Numbered from the stretch's first letter, positions 42,354-52,714 are shown. The stretch is DNA of 64,000 nt from Anaeromyxobacteraceae bacterium (GCA_032654565.1 JAULAX010000010.1:64001-128000), one strand, 5' to 3'. Translations and numbers: made by a program. The notes: generated from the sequence alone by a model not told the origin.

Positions 42354-43502
42354 ATGGCCCCCAAGCCAGCTCCCCCGCCGCCCACCCCGCGCGCCGCCTT
42401 CGCGGTGTCGCTGGCGCTGTCCCTGGCAGGGCTGGTGCTGTCGGCGATGCTGGTCCGGGTGCACCATGACGCCGCGGCCGGGCTGACCAGCTTCTGTACC
42501 ATCAGTGAAGAGATCAACTGCGACAAGGTGGCGCTGAGCGCCTGGTCGGTGGTGTGGGGCGTGCCGGTGGCCGCCTGGGGCCTTTTCGGGTACGCCGTGA
42601 CCGCGGCCCTGTCGGCCTGGGGGTTGTCGTCGCGCCGGCTTCACGGGCGCTGGCCCGCCGGGCTGCTGCTGGCCCTGGGCGGGTTCGCCACCGCCGGTTC
42701 GGTGGCGCTGGCCTGGATCTCGAAGGCGCTGATCGGGGCCTGGTGCCTGCTCTGCATGGGCTCCTGGGCGGCGTCGCTGGGGCTGCTGGTCGCCGCCTGG
42801 TTCGCCTGCCGTCCGGCGGGCGTGGGGACGGCCTGGCGCGCCGACCGCAAGGCGCTGGGGCGATACCCGCGCCGCACGGCGGGGGTGGCGGTGGCGGGGC
42901 TGGGGGCGGTGGTGCTGCTGGTCGCGGCCTACCCTCGCCTCGAGGCCCGGGCCAGGCCGCCGGTCGGCGTACCGGCGGTGGGGACCAACGCGGGGGCCAA
43001 CGCGCTGGCGCTTCCGCCGCGGCTGCCGGCGGCCACGGGTCCGGCGGTGCTGTTCAGCGACTACGAATGCCACTTTTGTGGGCTGACGCACGTCGAGCTC
43101 AAGGAATTACTCCGGGTCAGGCCGGACATCCGGGTGGTGCGGCGCCACTTCCCGCTCGACCAGGCTTGCAACCCCTTGATCAAGCGCCCCTTTCACCAGC
43201 GGTCCTGCGAGCTGGCGCGGGCCGCCATCTGCGCCGAGGTCCAGGGACAGGGGGAGGCGATGGACGACGCGCTCTTCGCGAGCCAGAAGGCGCCGGCGCC
43301 GGTGGAGGAACTGGCGGCGCGCCTCAAGCTCGACCTGGGGCGCTTCAGGGCCTGCCTGGTGGCGCCCTCGACCGCGGCCCGCCTGGCCGCGGACATCGAC
43401 GAGGGGATCAAGGCGAAGCTGCGTTCTACGCCGAGCTTCGTGGTGGACGGGACACTCCACGAGGGCAAGTTCCCGATCGATCGCTTTCCCCTCCGAGAGT
43501 AA
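42354..43502 (+). CDS. Vitamin K epoxide reductase (VKOR) - DsbA/thioredoxin fusion
   Basis: FC..INCD loop cysteines, WCLLC, then FSDYECHFC, RHFPL and TPSF motifs. Confidence 0.9.
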   Translation: MAPKPAPPPPTPRAAFAVSLALSLAGLVLSAMLVRVHHDAAAGLTSFCTISEEINCDKVALSAWSVVWGVPVAAWGLFGYAVTAALSAWGLSSRRLHGRWPAGLLLALGGFATAGSVALAWISKALIGAWCLLCMGSWAASLGLLVAAWFACRPAGVGTAWRADRKALGRYPRRTAGVAVAGLGAVVLLVAAYPRLEARARPPVGVPAVGTNAGANALALPPRLPAATGPAVLFSDYECHFCGLTHVELKELLRVRPDIRVVRRHFPLDQACNPLIKRPFHQRSCELARAAICAEVQGQGEAMDDALFASQKAPAPVEELAARLKLDLGRFRACLVAPSTAARLAADIDEGIKAKLRSTPSFVVDGTLHEGKFPIDRFPLRE

Positions 43503-44778
43503 TTGGATCAAGGAAGCTGAGGGGGGTGTGGGCGACGCCTCCGGCGGGGCAGGAGGTCGTTGGCCGGCGAGTACCTTGGGAGATCTTTGCCTCGGGAACC
43601 AGCGTTCGATCGCCAAGTAGGGCAGCCAAGATGCCAGCGCCCCGAACCAAATTCACGATAAGTAAAGCCCGACAATCCCCACCCGCGGCCGGAGACGACT
43701 GACGTGGTGACGAGGCTGAGTGGGGGAAGCTGACGGGGTGGTGAGTCAGCCAGGGGCGAGGCAGGGGGCGCGGTGGAGGACGCGCATGAGGTAGGTGCCG
43801 GCGGGGAAGAGGACGCCGGAGGAGCCGGCGCGCCAGCGGTCGAAGGCGCGGCGGTAATCCTGGATGAAGGAGCCGAGGGCGCGGAGGGCCTGGACGCGAC
43901 GCCAGGTGTCGTGGCTGGCGACGCGCGGGTTGAGCCCTCCGAGGGGCTCCCTGGTGGGAGGCCTGTCGAAGGGGCGCTGTGCGAGCACGCGCTGGACGCC
44001 GAGGAAGCCACGCCCGCGCGAGGCGAGGTGGGCAGAGGCGGCTTGCTCCCGGTCGGCGAGGGCGGCGTGGAGGGAGCGGCGGAAGTGGGCCGGAGAGTCG
44101 AAGCCCGTGGGGATGACGAGCCGCAGGGAGGCCCGGTCGGGAAGGGACCCCTGGCCGGCCCGCCGGAAGAAGGAGGAGGGCCTGGTGAACTCGAGGGGCG
44201 CGGCGCCCATCTGGTCCGGGGCGGACCAGAGCCCCGGCCAGAGCCGTCCGCGGCGGACCAGGCCGGCCTTGACCGGGTTGGCGAGGGTGTAGGCGACCTT
44301 GTCGAGGACGTCGGCCGGGGACTGCAGGGCGACGGCGCTGAAGGTGGGCGGCCCCCAGAAGTACTCCTGGCGCCCCAGCATGGCGTTCATGGAGCGGCCG
44401 ATGAGCGAGTCGAGGAACCTGCCGAAGGCGGGGAGGCAGGCGTCGGGGTCGGTGACCACGAGGTGGAGGTGGTTGGACATCACGCAGAAGGCGTGGACCT
44501 CGACGTGGAAGCGCTCGGCGGCGACGGCGAGGAGGAAGCCGACGAGCTGGTTGGTGGCCTTGGAGGGGCGCAGGAAGAACTGCCGGTTCAGGCACCGGCG
44601 GGTGATGAGGTAGGTGGTGCCCGGGAGCACCTGGCGTGGCGCGGTCATGGCCTGGGGCTACATCGCAGGACCCGTGCCAATGCCTCCGCTCGCGATTCCG
44701 GCCACTTGCCTCACCGCCGCCCACCCCACCCCGGCCGTCCCGCGGACCTTGGTCCGCAAAACTACTCTGGGACGGGAA
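43486..44778. mobile_element. Y1/RAYT-type element bounded by 19-bp imperfect inverted repeats
   Basis: TTCCCCTCCGAGAGTAATT (43486-43504) vs reverse complement of AACTACTCTGGGACGGGAA (44760-44778), 16/19 identical, flanking the transposase. Confidence 0.7.
43746..44648 (-). CDS. REP-associated tyrosine transposase (HUH Y1, IS200-like superfamily)
   Basis: YLITRRC, AFCVMSNHLHLV (HUH) and YTLANPVKAGLV (catalytic Tyr, NPV) motifs. Confidence 0.9.
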   Translation of the reverse strand: MTAPRQVLPGTTYLITRRCLNRQFFLRPSKATNQLVGFLLAVAAERFHVEVHAFCVMSNHLHLVVTDPDACLPAFGRFLDSLIGRSMNAMLGRQEYFWGPPTFSAVALQSPADVLDKVAYTLANPVKAGLVRRGRLWPGLWSAPDQMGAAPLEFTRPSSFFRRAGQGSLPDRASLRLVIPTGFDSPAHFRRSLHAALADREQAASAHLASRGRGFLGVQRVLAQRPFDRPPTREPLGGLNPRVASHDTWRRVQALRALGSFIQDYRRAFDRWRAGSSGVLFPAGTYLMRVLHRAPCLAPG

Positions 44779-44783
44779 GAAGG

Positions 44784-46598
44784 CTAACGCTTCCGCCGCT
44801 CCGTCGCCAACCGTGCCGCCAGCTCGGTCGCCCGCCCCAGCGCGGCGTCGCTTCCTGCGCGCTGGGCTCTCCGCCCCTCCGGCGCCGGAACCCCGAGCCG
44901 CTCGGCCGCACCAACCAGGGTCGGATCTCGGTCGGCGCGCTCCGCGGCGCCGCCCTCGAGCGCCGGTCCTGGCGGAGGCGCGGGAAGCGCCCAGGGGAGT
45001 GAGGACTCCGTCGTTGCGCCCTCCGTCGGCCCCGCCACCACCAGGTCCACCTGGACACCCACGCCCTGCGGGGAGGTGCCGTCCGGAAGGAAGAAGAGCC
45101 CCGTCGTGAGGTACAAGGCGCCGGTGGGCAGCTCGCTGTCGAAGATGTCCTGCAGCGTCCCCTTTCCGAACGTGCGCGCGGTTCCCACCACCAGCGCCCG
45201 CCCTCGCGCCCGGAGCGCGCCGGCCACGATCTCGCAGCCCGAGGCCGTCTCCTCGTCCACCAGGACGAGCACGGGCCCGGCGTACGCTCGCGTCGGGGCC
45301 GGGTCATGGACGACCTCGTCCTGTGCTCCTCGCTTCTGAATGCGCACCACCGGCCCGCCCGTGAGGAAGAGGCCGGCGATGGCCACCGAGGTGGTGAGGT
45401 AGCCGCCGGTGCAGCCCCGCAGGTCGAGCACCACCGCGTCGGGCGGCCTGCGCCCGAGGTGAAGGGCGCGCTCGACTCCGTCGGCCGTGTCTTCGTCGAC
45501 CTCGTCGACGCGCGCCACCAACACCCGACGCCCGTGCTCCACCCGCGGCGTGGCGGTCACCGACATGTTGCGGTCCTGCAGGACCTCCCGGTCCAGCCGG
45601 AAGAGACGCGGCGGCCCCAGCCTGCGGCCGCTCCGTCGGGCGATGCTCAGGGGTACCGAACCCTCGAAGGTGTCGAGGAGCGCAGAGACGTCGATGGCAT
45701 CGAGGTCTGCGATGGGCGTGGTTCCGACGGCGGTGATCACGTCACCGACGCGGAGGCCGCGCTGCCGAGCCGCCGGAGAGCCGGGGTGGAGCCCGGCGAT
45801 CGGCATCCCACCTGGCACCGGATCGCCCAGCTCGAGTCCGAGCATGCCGACCGGCGGATTGAGCTCGCGGTCGGAGTGGTTGGCCTCTTCCTCGGTCTCG
45901 TAGCGGCTGTGCGGATCGAGCGCGTGGGCGAAGGCATTGACCAGGTCGGCGGCTCCCCGGCCGGCCAGCCTGCGCCGAGAGAGTTCGAGCCACCGAATGG
46001 CGCGGCGTGCGCCGAAGGCCTTGGCGATCGGCCACTCCGCCTGGCCACGCACTCGCCAGGCCTCGCCGAGCGCGTCGTTGGCGAGGAGCGCTCGCAAGGC
46101 CGCGGAGTCCCGCGGCGGTCTCGCCATCGCCGGGGGCTCTGCCTCGGGAGGCTCGTCCGGCAGCAGCGACGTGAGCGCCTCTGCCGAGACGACGAGGCTC
46201 GCGGTCCTGGCCAGGGACGACCGAACCTGGGAGACCTGCGCCTCCAGGTGGTCACATCGGCCGGCGGCGCGCTCGGCCAGCAGGCTGGCGCCCGTGGTGC
46301 TCGAGGCGCGCTCCTTGATGGCGGCGACCTCGTCGCTCGTCAACCAGGGGTGGTCGTCGATCAAGGCACCGGCCAGCAGGTCGCGCGCCCGGGCAGCCAG
46401 CTCCGGGATGAGGCGATCGTGGACCACGTGGAGGGCCACCGCGAAGTCGATCATCCTCCAGGCTTCTGCGCAGGTGGGTGGTCCTCGAACCGCCCCGGTC
46501 GCCATGGTCCCGGCGGGGGCGAGTGCCAACACCAGGACCAGGAGCGCCTGGAATGCGCTCCTGGCCCGCGGGAGCAGGTGGGGAGGACGGGTCGTCAT
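44784..46598 (-). CDS. Carboxy-terminal processing protease (S41 family, PDZ)
   Basis: LDPHSRY, PDZ (GSPAA..LRVGDVI), LDLRG..GG, TASGCE and TFGKG motifs. Confidence 0.85.
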   Translation of the reverse strand: MTTRPPHLLPRARSAFQALLVLVLALAPAGTMATGAVRGPPTCAEAWRMIDFAVALHVVHDRLIPELAARARDLLAGALIDDHPWLTSDEVAAIKERASSTTGASLLAERAAGRCDHLEAQVSQVRSSLARTASLVVSAEALTSLLPDEPPEAEPPAMARPPRDSAALRALLANDALGEAWRVRGQAEWPIAKAFGARRAIRWLELSRRRLAGRGAADLVNAFAHALDPHSRYETEEEANHSDRELNPPVGMLGLELGDPVPGGMPIAGLHPGSPAARQRGLRVGDVITAVGTTPIADLDAIDVSALLDTFEGSVPLSIARRSGRRLGPPRLFRLDREVLQDRNMSVTATPRVEHGRRVLVARVDEVDEDTADGVERALHLGRRPPDAVVLDLRGCTGGYLTTSVAIAGLFLTGGPVVRIQKRGAQDEVVHDPAPTRAYAGPVLVLVDEETASGCEIVAGALRARGRALVVGTARTFGKGTLQDIFDSELPTGALYLTTGLFFLPDGTSPQGVGVQVDLVVAGPTEGATTESSLPWALPAPPPGPALEGGAAERADRDPTLVGAAERLGVPAPEGRRAQRAGSDAALGRATELAARLATERRKR

Positions 46599-46654
46599 CG
46601 ATGGCCCACGGTAGTGCGGCCAGTCTTCAATAACCAGCGCTGGCGCAGCCGCCC

Positions 46655-46689
46655 GAAAACGCCGAGACCCCGCCAGAAGCGGGGTCTCG
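46655..46689 (-). terminator. Intrinsic terminator after the ferredoxin
   Basis: 11-bp stem CGAGACCCCGC/GCGGGGTCTCG followed on the minus strand by GCGTTTT. Confidence 0.75.
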
Positions 46690-46726
46690 AGAGTCTTCGA
46701 GGCCGTGGCCTCGGCGCCAGCTCAGG

Positions 46727-46915
46727 CTAGAGCTTGACGATGCACTCAGTCGGGCAGACTTCCAGGCAGGCCGACTTGCCGCCGTTGGAGGCGCACTCGT
46801 CGCACTTGGCGGCGTCGATCATGTAGGTGTCATCGCCCTCGGCGATCGCCTCGCTCGGGCACTCGGCGGCGCAGGCTCCACAGTTGGTGCAATCCTCGGT
46901 GATCTTGTTGGCCAT
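46727..46915 (-). CDS. 2x[4Fe-4S] ferredoxin
   Basis: CTNCGACAAECP and CDEC..CLEVCP; GGAGA RBS. Confidence 0.93.
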   Translation of the reverse strand: MANKITEDCTNCGACAAECPSEAIAEGDDTYMIDAAKCDECASNGGKSACLEVCPTECIVKL

Positions 46916-47170
46916 CGGGTCTCTCCGTTGCTTGGGTTGGTCGAGGTCTGCCCGGAGCGCCAAAATGGAGTCAGCCGGTCTGATTCCTCTGAACTTACGG
47001 GGAGATGCACGGAACGCACCAGCCGAACCTTTGGAGGATTATCGCGGATCGTGAGGGGGTTGCGAGAACAGGTGGGAGAATCGCCGGCCACAGGTCGCGC
47101 GTCTCGTGCGCGGTCCAGGGACCAACTCGCAAGAAATGCGAGGACTGGCCCTGTCCAGAATGCGCACGTA

Positions 47171-47678
47171 ACCCGTCCCCGCCGTACAGAGTAGTTGCCG
47201 GGCTTCAACCATCCCAGAGTAATTCGACGCCCCCCTCTCAAGGAGGATCCCGGTGACCGCTTCCTAGGGGCGCAAGGGTGGCCAGGGGGCGGCGTTCCCC
47301 GTCTCATCGACACGGACCTTCACGTGCGCCGGCCCGCGCCAGATGCTGCCAGCGATGACCCTGGCCGGGAGCCAAGGGTAGGAAGCGCGAGCCGATTCGG
47401 TGGTGAAGACGGCCGGGGACGGGGGAGGAACGTCCGGGACCGCGGCTGGGAAGCCCTCTTCGGTGACCGGAATGACGAGGGGTTGGGGACCGGCGCCACG
47501 TCCAGCGCGTCGCTGGCGTCTGGCGGGGCGGTCGTGGCGAGGCTTGGCGTGACGTGGCTGGCTCAAGTTCCGGTGCTCCGATGCTCCGAATGACTACTCT
47601 GGGATGGGCTTCGAACTACTCTGGGATGGCGCTTGGGATGGTGCACATGGTGCTCGACGACGACCCTGGGATGGCGCT
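47171..47678. repeat. Cluster of RAYT-end-like repeats in inverted arrangement
   Basis: CAGAGTAGTT 47187-47196 and CCATCCCAGAGTAATTCGA 47209-47227, opposite ACTACTCTGGGATGG 47593-47607 and TCGAACTACTCTGGGATGG 47611-47629; partial copy at 47666-47678. Confidence 0.8.
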
Positions 47679-48008
47679 CGCTCGCTGTGGCGGCGGCCAG
47701 GCTCGCATGGCTGCGTAAGCGCTGGCGGTGACTCGGTTCGCGGCTGACGCTTCGGCCGCGAGACCGCGACACATATAGCAGAAGTCTCGCGCGGATGCAG
47801 CGCGAGCGGCCGTCGCGCCATCCCGAAATGACGCGACGAGCCAGCAATCATTGGGCGAATTGGCTTTCGAATGGCTTGCCTCGTCGCCCCAGCCTTGTCA
47901 GGATGCGCCTCCCCAATCGGGAACATTCAGCGCCGCAACCGCGCGGGTTAATTGACCTATCCGCTCGACTACACCCGCGCTCGCCGGAAGGAAAGAGGAA
48001 CGCGCCAA

Positions 48009-49733
48009 ATGACCACGAAGGCCATCAGACCGTCCCTGATCAACCCGCTCGATCCACAGGAGAAGGTCGAGTTCACCATCCCCGGCGAGATCTCCCGGGC
48101 CACCGGTCCGTACGAAGAGGCGATGAAGGAGGGCTACGACCTCATCCAGCGCCCGGTCCGCTCCGTCCCCGTCGACGCCATCGAGAAGCAGCACCTCAAG
48201 AAGCGCATGACCGTCTGGGAGCGGCTCAAGGTGCTCTCCGCCAAGCCGCCCAACGTCCTCTACCAGAACTGGGGCAAGAACCTCGACGGCGCCTCGCTGG
48301 TCACCGCGGTGCTCGACATCGGCGGCCGCGACGTGGCCGTCTACGGCCACGACTTCACGGTGCGCGCCGGCTCGATGGACGCCACCAACGGCAACAAGCT
48401 GGCCCGCCTCTTCCGCATGGCCGGCGACAAGGGCATGCCGCTCATCGGGATGAACGACTCCGCCGGCGCCTTCGTCCCGGCCGGCGTCGGCGGCCTCGAC
48501 GGCTACGCCGAGGCCTTCACCGCGCTGCGCAAGATCAGCGGCGTGGTCCCCTCGATCATGTGCATGTTCGGCTTCAACGCCGGCGGCGGCTCCTACCTGC
48601 CGCGCCAGGGCAGCTTCGTCATCCAGCCCGGCGACACCTTCTTCGGCCTGACCGGCCCCGGCGTCGTCAAGTCGGTGCTGGGCGAGGACATCACCCCCGA
48701 GGAGCTGGGTGGCCCCAAGGTCCACGGCGCCTCCGGCGTCGCCGACCTCACCGTCCAGGACGAGCTGGCGGCGCTGCGCCAGGCGGTGCGGCTGCTCTCC
48801 TACCTCCCCGACAACAACCGCGTGGCGGCGCCGTTCCAGAACACCAGCGATCCCCTCGACCGCAAGACCTGGGAGATCAACACCCTCCTCAAGAAGGCCT
48901 TCAACTCGCCGACCGGCTTCAACACCCCCTTCGAGGTCTCCATCGTCATCCAGGGGGTCTGCGACTACGGCGACTACTTCGAGATCCAGCCGGAGCGCGC
49001 CCGCGAGGTGGTCACCGCCTTCGGCCGCATCGGCGGGCAGGTGGTCGGCTTCGTGGCCAACAACAGCGCCGTCGGCTCGGGCCAGATCGACTGCGACAGC
49101 GCGCTGAAGATCGCCAGGTTCGTCCGCTTCTGCAACATCTACAACATCCCCATCGTCTTCATGGAGGACACCACCGGCTTCCTCCCCGGCCGGGAGCAGG
49201 AGGCCCGCGGCATCGTCCAGGCCGGCCGCTCCATGCTCGACGCCATCGTCGACGTGCGGACCCCGCGCATCCTGCTCATCCTGCGCAACGCCTTCGGCGG
49301 CGCCTACGCCTCCTACAACAACTACCCGACCGGCGCCGACCTGGTGCTGGCCCTCCCCACCACCCGCCTCGCGGTGATGGGGCCGGCCGGCAAGGAGTTC
49401 GTCTACAAGGACGAGCTCCGCAAGATCCGCGGCGCCGTCGCCGAGATGGTGAAGAAGGGCATCGCCACCCGCACCACGGCCGGCATGGACGGCGCCGAGG
49501 CCAAGCGGGACTCGGAGAAGGAGGCGGCCGACTGGGTGAAGGTGCAGGAGACCGCGCTCAACCAGCGCTACGAGCGCGAGCTGATGAACCCGAAGGAGGG
49601 GCTCTCGCTCGGCTCCATCTCCTCGATCGTCATGCCCACCGACCTGCGCCAGGCGCTGGCCGAGAACATCGGCTTCCTGATGCGCCACTACCAGCCCTCC
49701 CCGATGACCGGCGTCCAGCGCGAGTTCCACTGA
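48009..49733 (+). CDS. Acyl-CoA carboxylase carboxyltransferase subunit
   Basis: [42 protein letters not shown] motifs. Confidence 0.92.
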   Translation: MTTKAIRPSLINPLDPQEKVEFTIPGEISRATGPYEEAMKEGYDLIQRPVRSVPVDAIEKQHLKKRMTVWERLKVLSAKPPNVLYQNWGKNLDGASLVTAVLDIGGRDVAVYGHDFTVRAGSMDATNGNKLARLFRMAGDKGMPLIGMNDSAGAFVPAGVGGLDGYAEAFTALRKISGVVPSIMCMFGFNAGGGSYLPRQGSFVIQPGDTFFGLTGPGVVKSVLGEDITPEELGGPKVHGASGVADLTVQDELAALRQAVRLLSYLPDNNRVAAPFQNTSDPLDRKTWEINTLLKKAFNSPTGFNTPFEVSIVIQGVCDYGDYFEIQPERAREVVTAFGRIGGQVVGFVANNSAVGSGQIDCDSALKIARFVRFCNIYNIPIVFMEDTTGFLPGREQEARGIVQAGRSMLDAIVDVRTPRILLILRNAFGGAYASYNNYPTGADLVLALPTTRLAVMGPAGKEFVYKDELRKIRGAVAEMVKKGIATRTTAGMDGAEAKRDSEKEAADWVKVQETALNQRYERELMNPKEGLSLGSISSIVMPTDLRQALAENIGFLMRHYQPSPMTGVQREFH

Positions 49734-49783
49734 GCCTGGCCCCATCCCCTAGAGACCCGCGACTCGTCGAGAGAGAGAGACCG

Positions 49784-52675
49784 ATGGCCCAGCCCACCGA
49801 CCTGTATCGCCACAACCCGCTCATCCACCGCGACCGCCGCCTCGGCGAGTCGAAGTCGGAGTGGGTCCGCTCCTTCGCCTGCACCGACCTGAAGCCGCTC
49901 ATCGTCTGCCGCGGCCCCATCCGCAAGGAGGCCATGGACGTCTTCGAGGAGATGGGGATCAGCCACTACGGGATCCTGCTCTCCGAGAAGGACTCCATCG
50001 TCTACCCCAACGCACTGGCCCCCGAGCTGCGCCAGTTCAACGACTCCAGCCGCGTCCACCGGGTGCCCGACTACTCCGGCGCCAGCAAGGAGGAGCGCGT
50101 CGAGCGCATGAACCAGATCGTGCAGATCGCGCACGACAACGGCTACGACTCGGTCTTCGCCGGCTACGGGTTCATGGCCGAGGACGAGGAGTTCGTCGCC
50201 ACCATCGAGAAGGCCGGGCTCAAGTTCATCGGCCCCAACTCCACCACCCAGGCCCGCGCCGGAAAGAAGGACGAGGCCAAGCGGACGGCGCTGGAGGTCA
50301 AGGTCAGCGTCACCCCGGGCATCAACAACGTCACCGCCCGCACCGTGGTCTCCAAGTTCCCCAGCCGCAAGCAGCTGCTGGCGGTCATCGAGGCCCGCAA
50401 GCTCACCGTCGATCCCAAGGTGGTGGCCAACGAGAAGCTCTCCCTCGAGGACCTCGCCGACCAGATCCTCGCCGCCTGCTACGCCAGCGGCCAGGACCTC
50501 TACACCATCGAGGAGCTGGGGGCGCAGGTGGAGAAGGAGGTCGCCGCCATGTTCAGGGAGCACCCGCGCAGCCGGGTGCGCCTCAAGGCCATCGGCGGCG
50601 GCGGCGGCAAGGGGCAGCGCCTCCTGGGCGGCTCGCTGCTGACCATGGAGAAGGCCACCGACAAGGACATCGCCGCGGCCTCGGTCGACGCCCCGGCGCT
50701 GGTGCGCGAGGTGCTCAACGAGGTCAAGGCCACCGGCGTCGGCGACAACAAGAACGTCCTGGTCGAGCTCAACATCGAGCAGACCCGCCACAACGAGATC
50801 CAGCTGCTCGGCAACGGCCAGTGGTGCGTGACCCTGGGCGGCCGCGACTGCTCGCTGCAGATGCACGAGCAGAAGCTGCTGGAGATCTCGGTGACGCAGG
50901 AGGGGCTGACCGCCGCCATCGAGCGGGCCGAGCAGGCCGGACGGAAGGCCGAGGCCAGGTCGCTGGCCACCGATCTCGAGATCCTCAAGCGCATGGAGGC
51001 CGACGCCGCCCGCTTCGGGCAGGCGGTGGGGCTCGACTCCGCCTCCACCTTCGAGTGCATCGTCGACCGCGACCGCTACTACTTCATGGAGGTCAACACC
51101 CGCATCCAGGTGGAGCATCGGGTCTCCGAGCTCTGCTACAGCCTCAAGTTCACCAACCCCGACGACGCCAGCGACTTCTTCGTCGTCGAGTCGCTGGTCG
51201 AGGCCATGGCCCTGCTGGCCCGCCACAAGAAGCGACTCCCCAAGCCGGTCCGCATCCCCCGCTTCGGCGCCTCCGCCGAGGCCCGCCTCAACGCCACCGA
51301 CGCCTCGCTCTCGCCCCACGCCGGCGGCGTCATCCGCTTCTGGTCCAAGCCCATCGAGGGCGAGATCCGCGACGACCAGGGCATCAGCCTGCCCAACCCC
51401 GACACCGGCATGTTCATGCGCTACCGGGTGGCCGGGGCCTACGACTCCAACATCGCCCTGCTGCTCACCCAGGGCGAGCACCGCCTGCAGAGCTACCAGC
51501 GCCTCTCCACGGTGCTGGCCAGGACCAGCCTGCGCGGGCAGGACGTCGCCACCAACCTCGAGTTCCACTACGGCCTGGTCAACTGGTTCATCGGCCAGAA
51601 CGTCATGGCCAAGCCGACCACCCGCTTCGTGGTCCCGTACCTGACGCTGGTGGGCCAGCTCAAGGAGGAGGCCGGGAAGATCGACACCGTCGTCGCCTTC
51701 CTGGAGATGAAGAAGCACTACGCCAAGCAGGTGGCCGCGGCCAACCCCGACGATCCGGCCCTGGCCAAGGCCATGTCGGAGGTGCTGGACCGCAAGGGGA
51801 CGCTGCTGACCCGCCCCATGGACCGGCTCATCGACGACCCGCACCTGCTCTCCGGCTGGCTCAGCCTGCACCGCAACGACGCCACCTTCGAAGGCAAGAA
51901 GCTCACCTGGCGGCGCAACCCGCTGGCCATCCTCCAGGAGACCTACGACTACCTCAACATGGCCTGGGATCCGGCGGCGCCGGCCGCCGAGGTCATCTGG
52001 GAGCACGACCAGGCGCTGCTGTCGCGGGCCATCCGCTTCTACGCCGAGGTGCGCAAGAAGCTCGGCCTCTCCGAGGAGCAGTTCAACGAGCTCGACGAGG
52101 TGCTGCGCAAGGAGGCGCCCGCCGGCGGGTACGACGCCGCGACCTGGGAGCAGATCCGGGCCGCCCACCTCGGCTTCGAGGCCGGCAACGAGCTGCTCGG
52201 GCTGCTCTTCACCATCGCCGAGAAGGTGAAGTTCTTCGCCTTCCGCGTCGAGGAGGACCTCGACGTGACCATCCCGGTCCACCTCAACGACGCCGACCTG
52301 CAGGCCCGGATGAAGAAGATCCTGGTCCCGCCGCCGCAGACCAAGGCCGACGAGATCGTGGCGGTGAGCGGCGGCATGTACTACGGGCAGGAGGCCCCGG
52401 GCCGCCCGCGCTTCGTCACCGAGGGCATGCACTTCGAGAAGGGGCAGCCGCTCTACGTGGTCGAGGTGATGAAGATGTTCAACACCATCCGCGCCCCCTT
52501 CTCGGGCACCCTCGACAAGATCGTCATCCAGGGCGGGGAGGGGACCATCGTGCAGAAGGGGCAGCCGCTCTTCAAGATCACCCCGGACGAGAAGCACGTC
52601 GAGGTCGATCCGCGCGAGCTGGAGAAGCAGCGGCGGGTCACCACCGGCGAGGCGCTCAAGGCCATCCTGGAGTAG
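49784..52675 (+). CDS. Biotin carboxylase - biotin carboxyl carrier fusion subunit (963 aa)
   Basis: GYGFMAE, GGGGKG, RDCSLQ, FMEVNTRIQVEH, YDS motifs; C-terminal EVMKM biotinylation motif. Confidence 0.9.
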   Translation: MAQPTDLYRHNPLIHRDRRLGESKSEWVRSFACTDLKPLIVCRGPIRKEAMDVFEEMGISHYGILLSEKDSIVYPNALAPELRQFNDSSRVHRVPDYSGASKEERVERMNQIVQIAHDNGYDSVFAGYGFMAEDEEFVATIEKAGLKFIGPNSTTQARAGKKDEAKRTALEVKVSVTPGINNVTARTVVSKFPSRKQLLAVIEARKLTVDPKVVANEKLSLEDLADQILAACYASGQDLYTIEELGAQVEKEVAAMFREHPRSRVRLKAIGGGGGKGQRLLGGSLLTMEKATDKDIAAASVDAPALVREVLNEVKATGVGDNKNVLVELNIEQTRHNEIQLLGNGQWCVTLGGRDCSLQMHEQKLLEISVTQEGLTAAIERAEQAGRKAEARSLATDLEILKRMEADAARFGQAVGLDSASTFECIVDRDRYYFMEVNTRIQVEHRVSELCYSLKFTNPDDASDFFVVESLVEAMALLARHKKRLPKPVRIPRFGASAEARLNATDASLSPHAGGVIRFWSKPIEGEIRDDQGISLPNPDTGMFMRYRVAGAYDSNIALLLTQGEHRLQSYQRLSTVLARTSLRGQDVATNLEFHYGLVNWFIGQNVMAKPTTRFVVPYLTLVGQLKEEAGKIDTVVAFLEMKKHYAKQVAAANPDDPALAKAMSEVLDRKGTLLTRPMDRLIDDPHLLSGWLSLHRNDATFEGKKLTWRRNPLAILQETYDYLNMAWDPAAPAAEVIWEHDQALLSRAIRFYAEVRKKLGLSEEQFNELDEVLRKEAPAGGYDAATWEQIRAAHLGFEAGNELLGLLFTIAEKVKFFAFRVEEDLDVTIPVHLNDADLQARMKKILVPPPQTKADEIVAVSGGMYYGQEAPGRPRFVTEGMHFEKGQPLYVVEVMKMFNTIRAPFSGTLDKIVIQGGEGTIVQKGQPLFKITPDEKHVEVDPRELEKQRRVTTGEALKAILE

Positions 52676-52714
52676 GTTCGGCGGCAATCGATCATCGGCG
52701 CTGGGGGCACACGG

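Noticed and set aside
47264..47566. 100-aa ORF inside the repeat-bounded insert as a confident CDS
   Set aside because: TTG start, weak codon bias and no recognisable motif; mentioned only as possible cargo
47171..47678. Possible CRISPR array
   Set aside because: Repeats are short, irregularly spaced and in both orientations, and there are no cas genes
49769..49780. (GA)6 tract before the biotin carboxylase start as a phase-variation switch
   Set aside because: Short and purine-rich at the RBS position; no evidence of length variation from a single sequence
47795..49783. Apparent 1626-aa fused carboxylase ORF
   Set aside because: The N-terminal 663 codons are an off-frame read-through of the CT gene; the real BC-BCCP gene starts at ATG 49784
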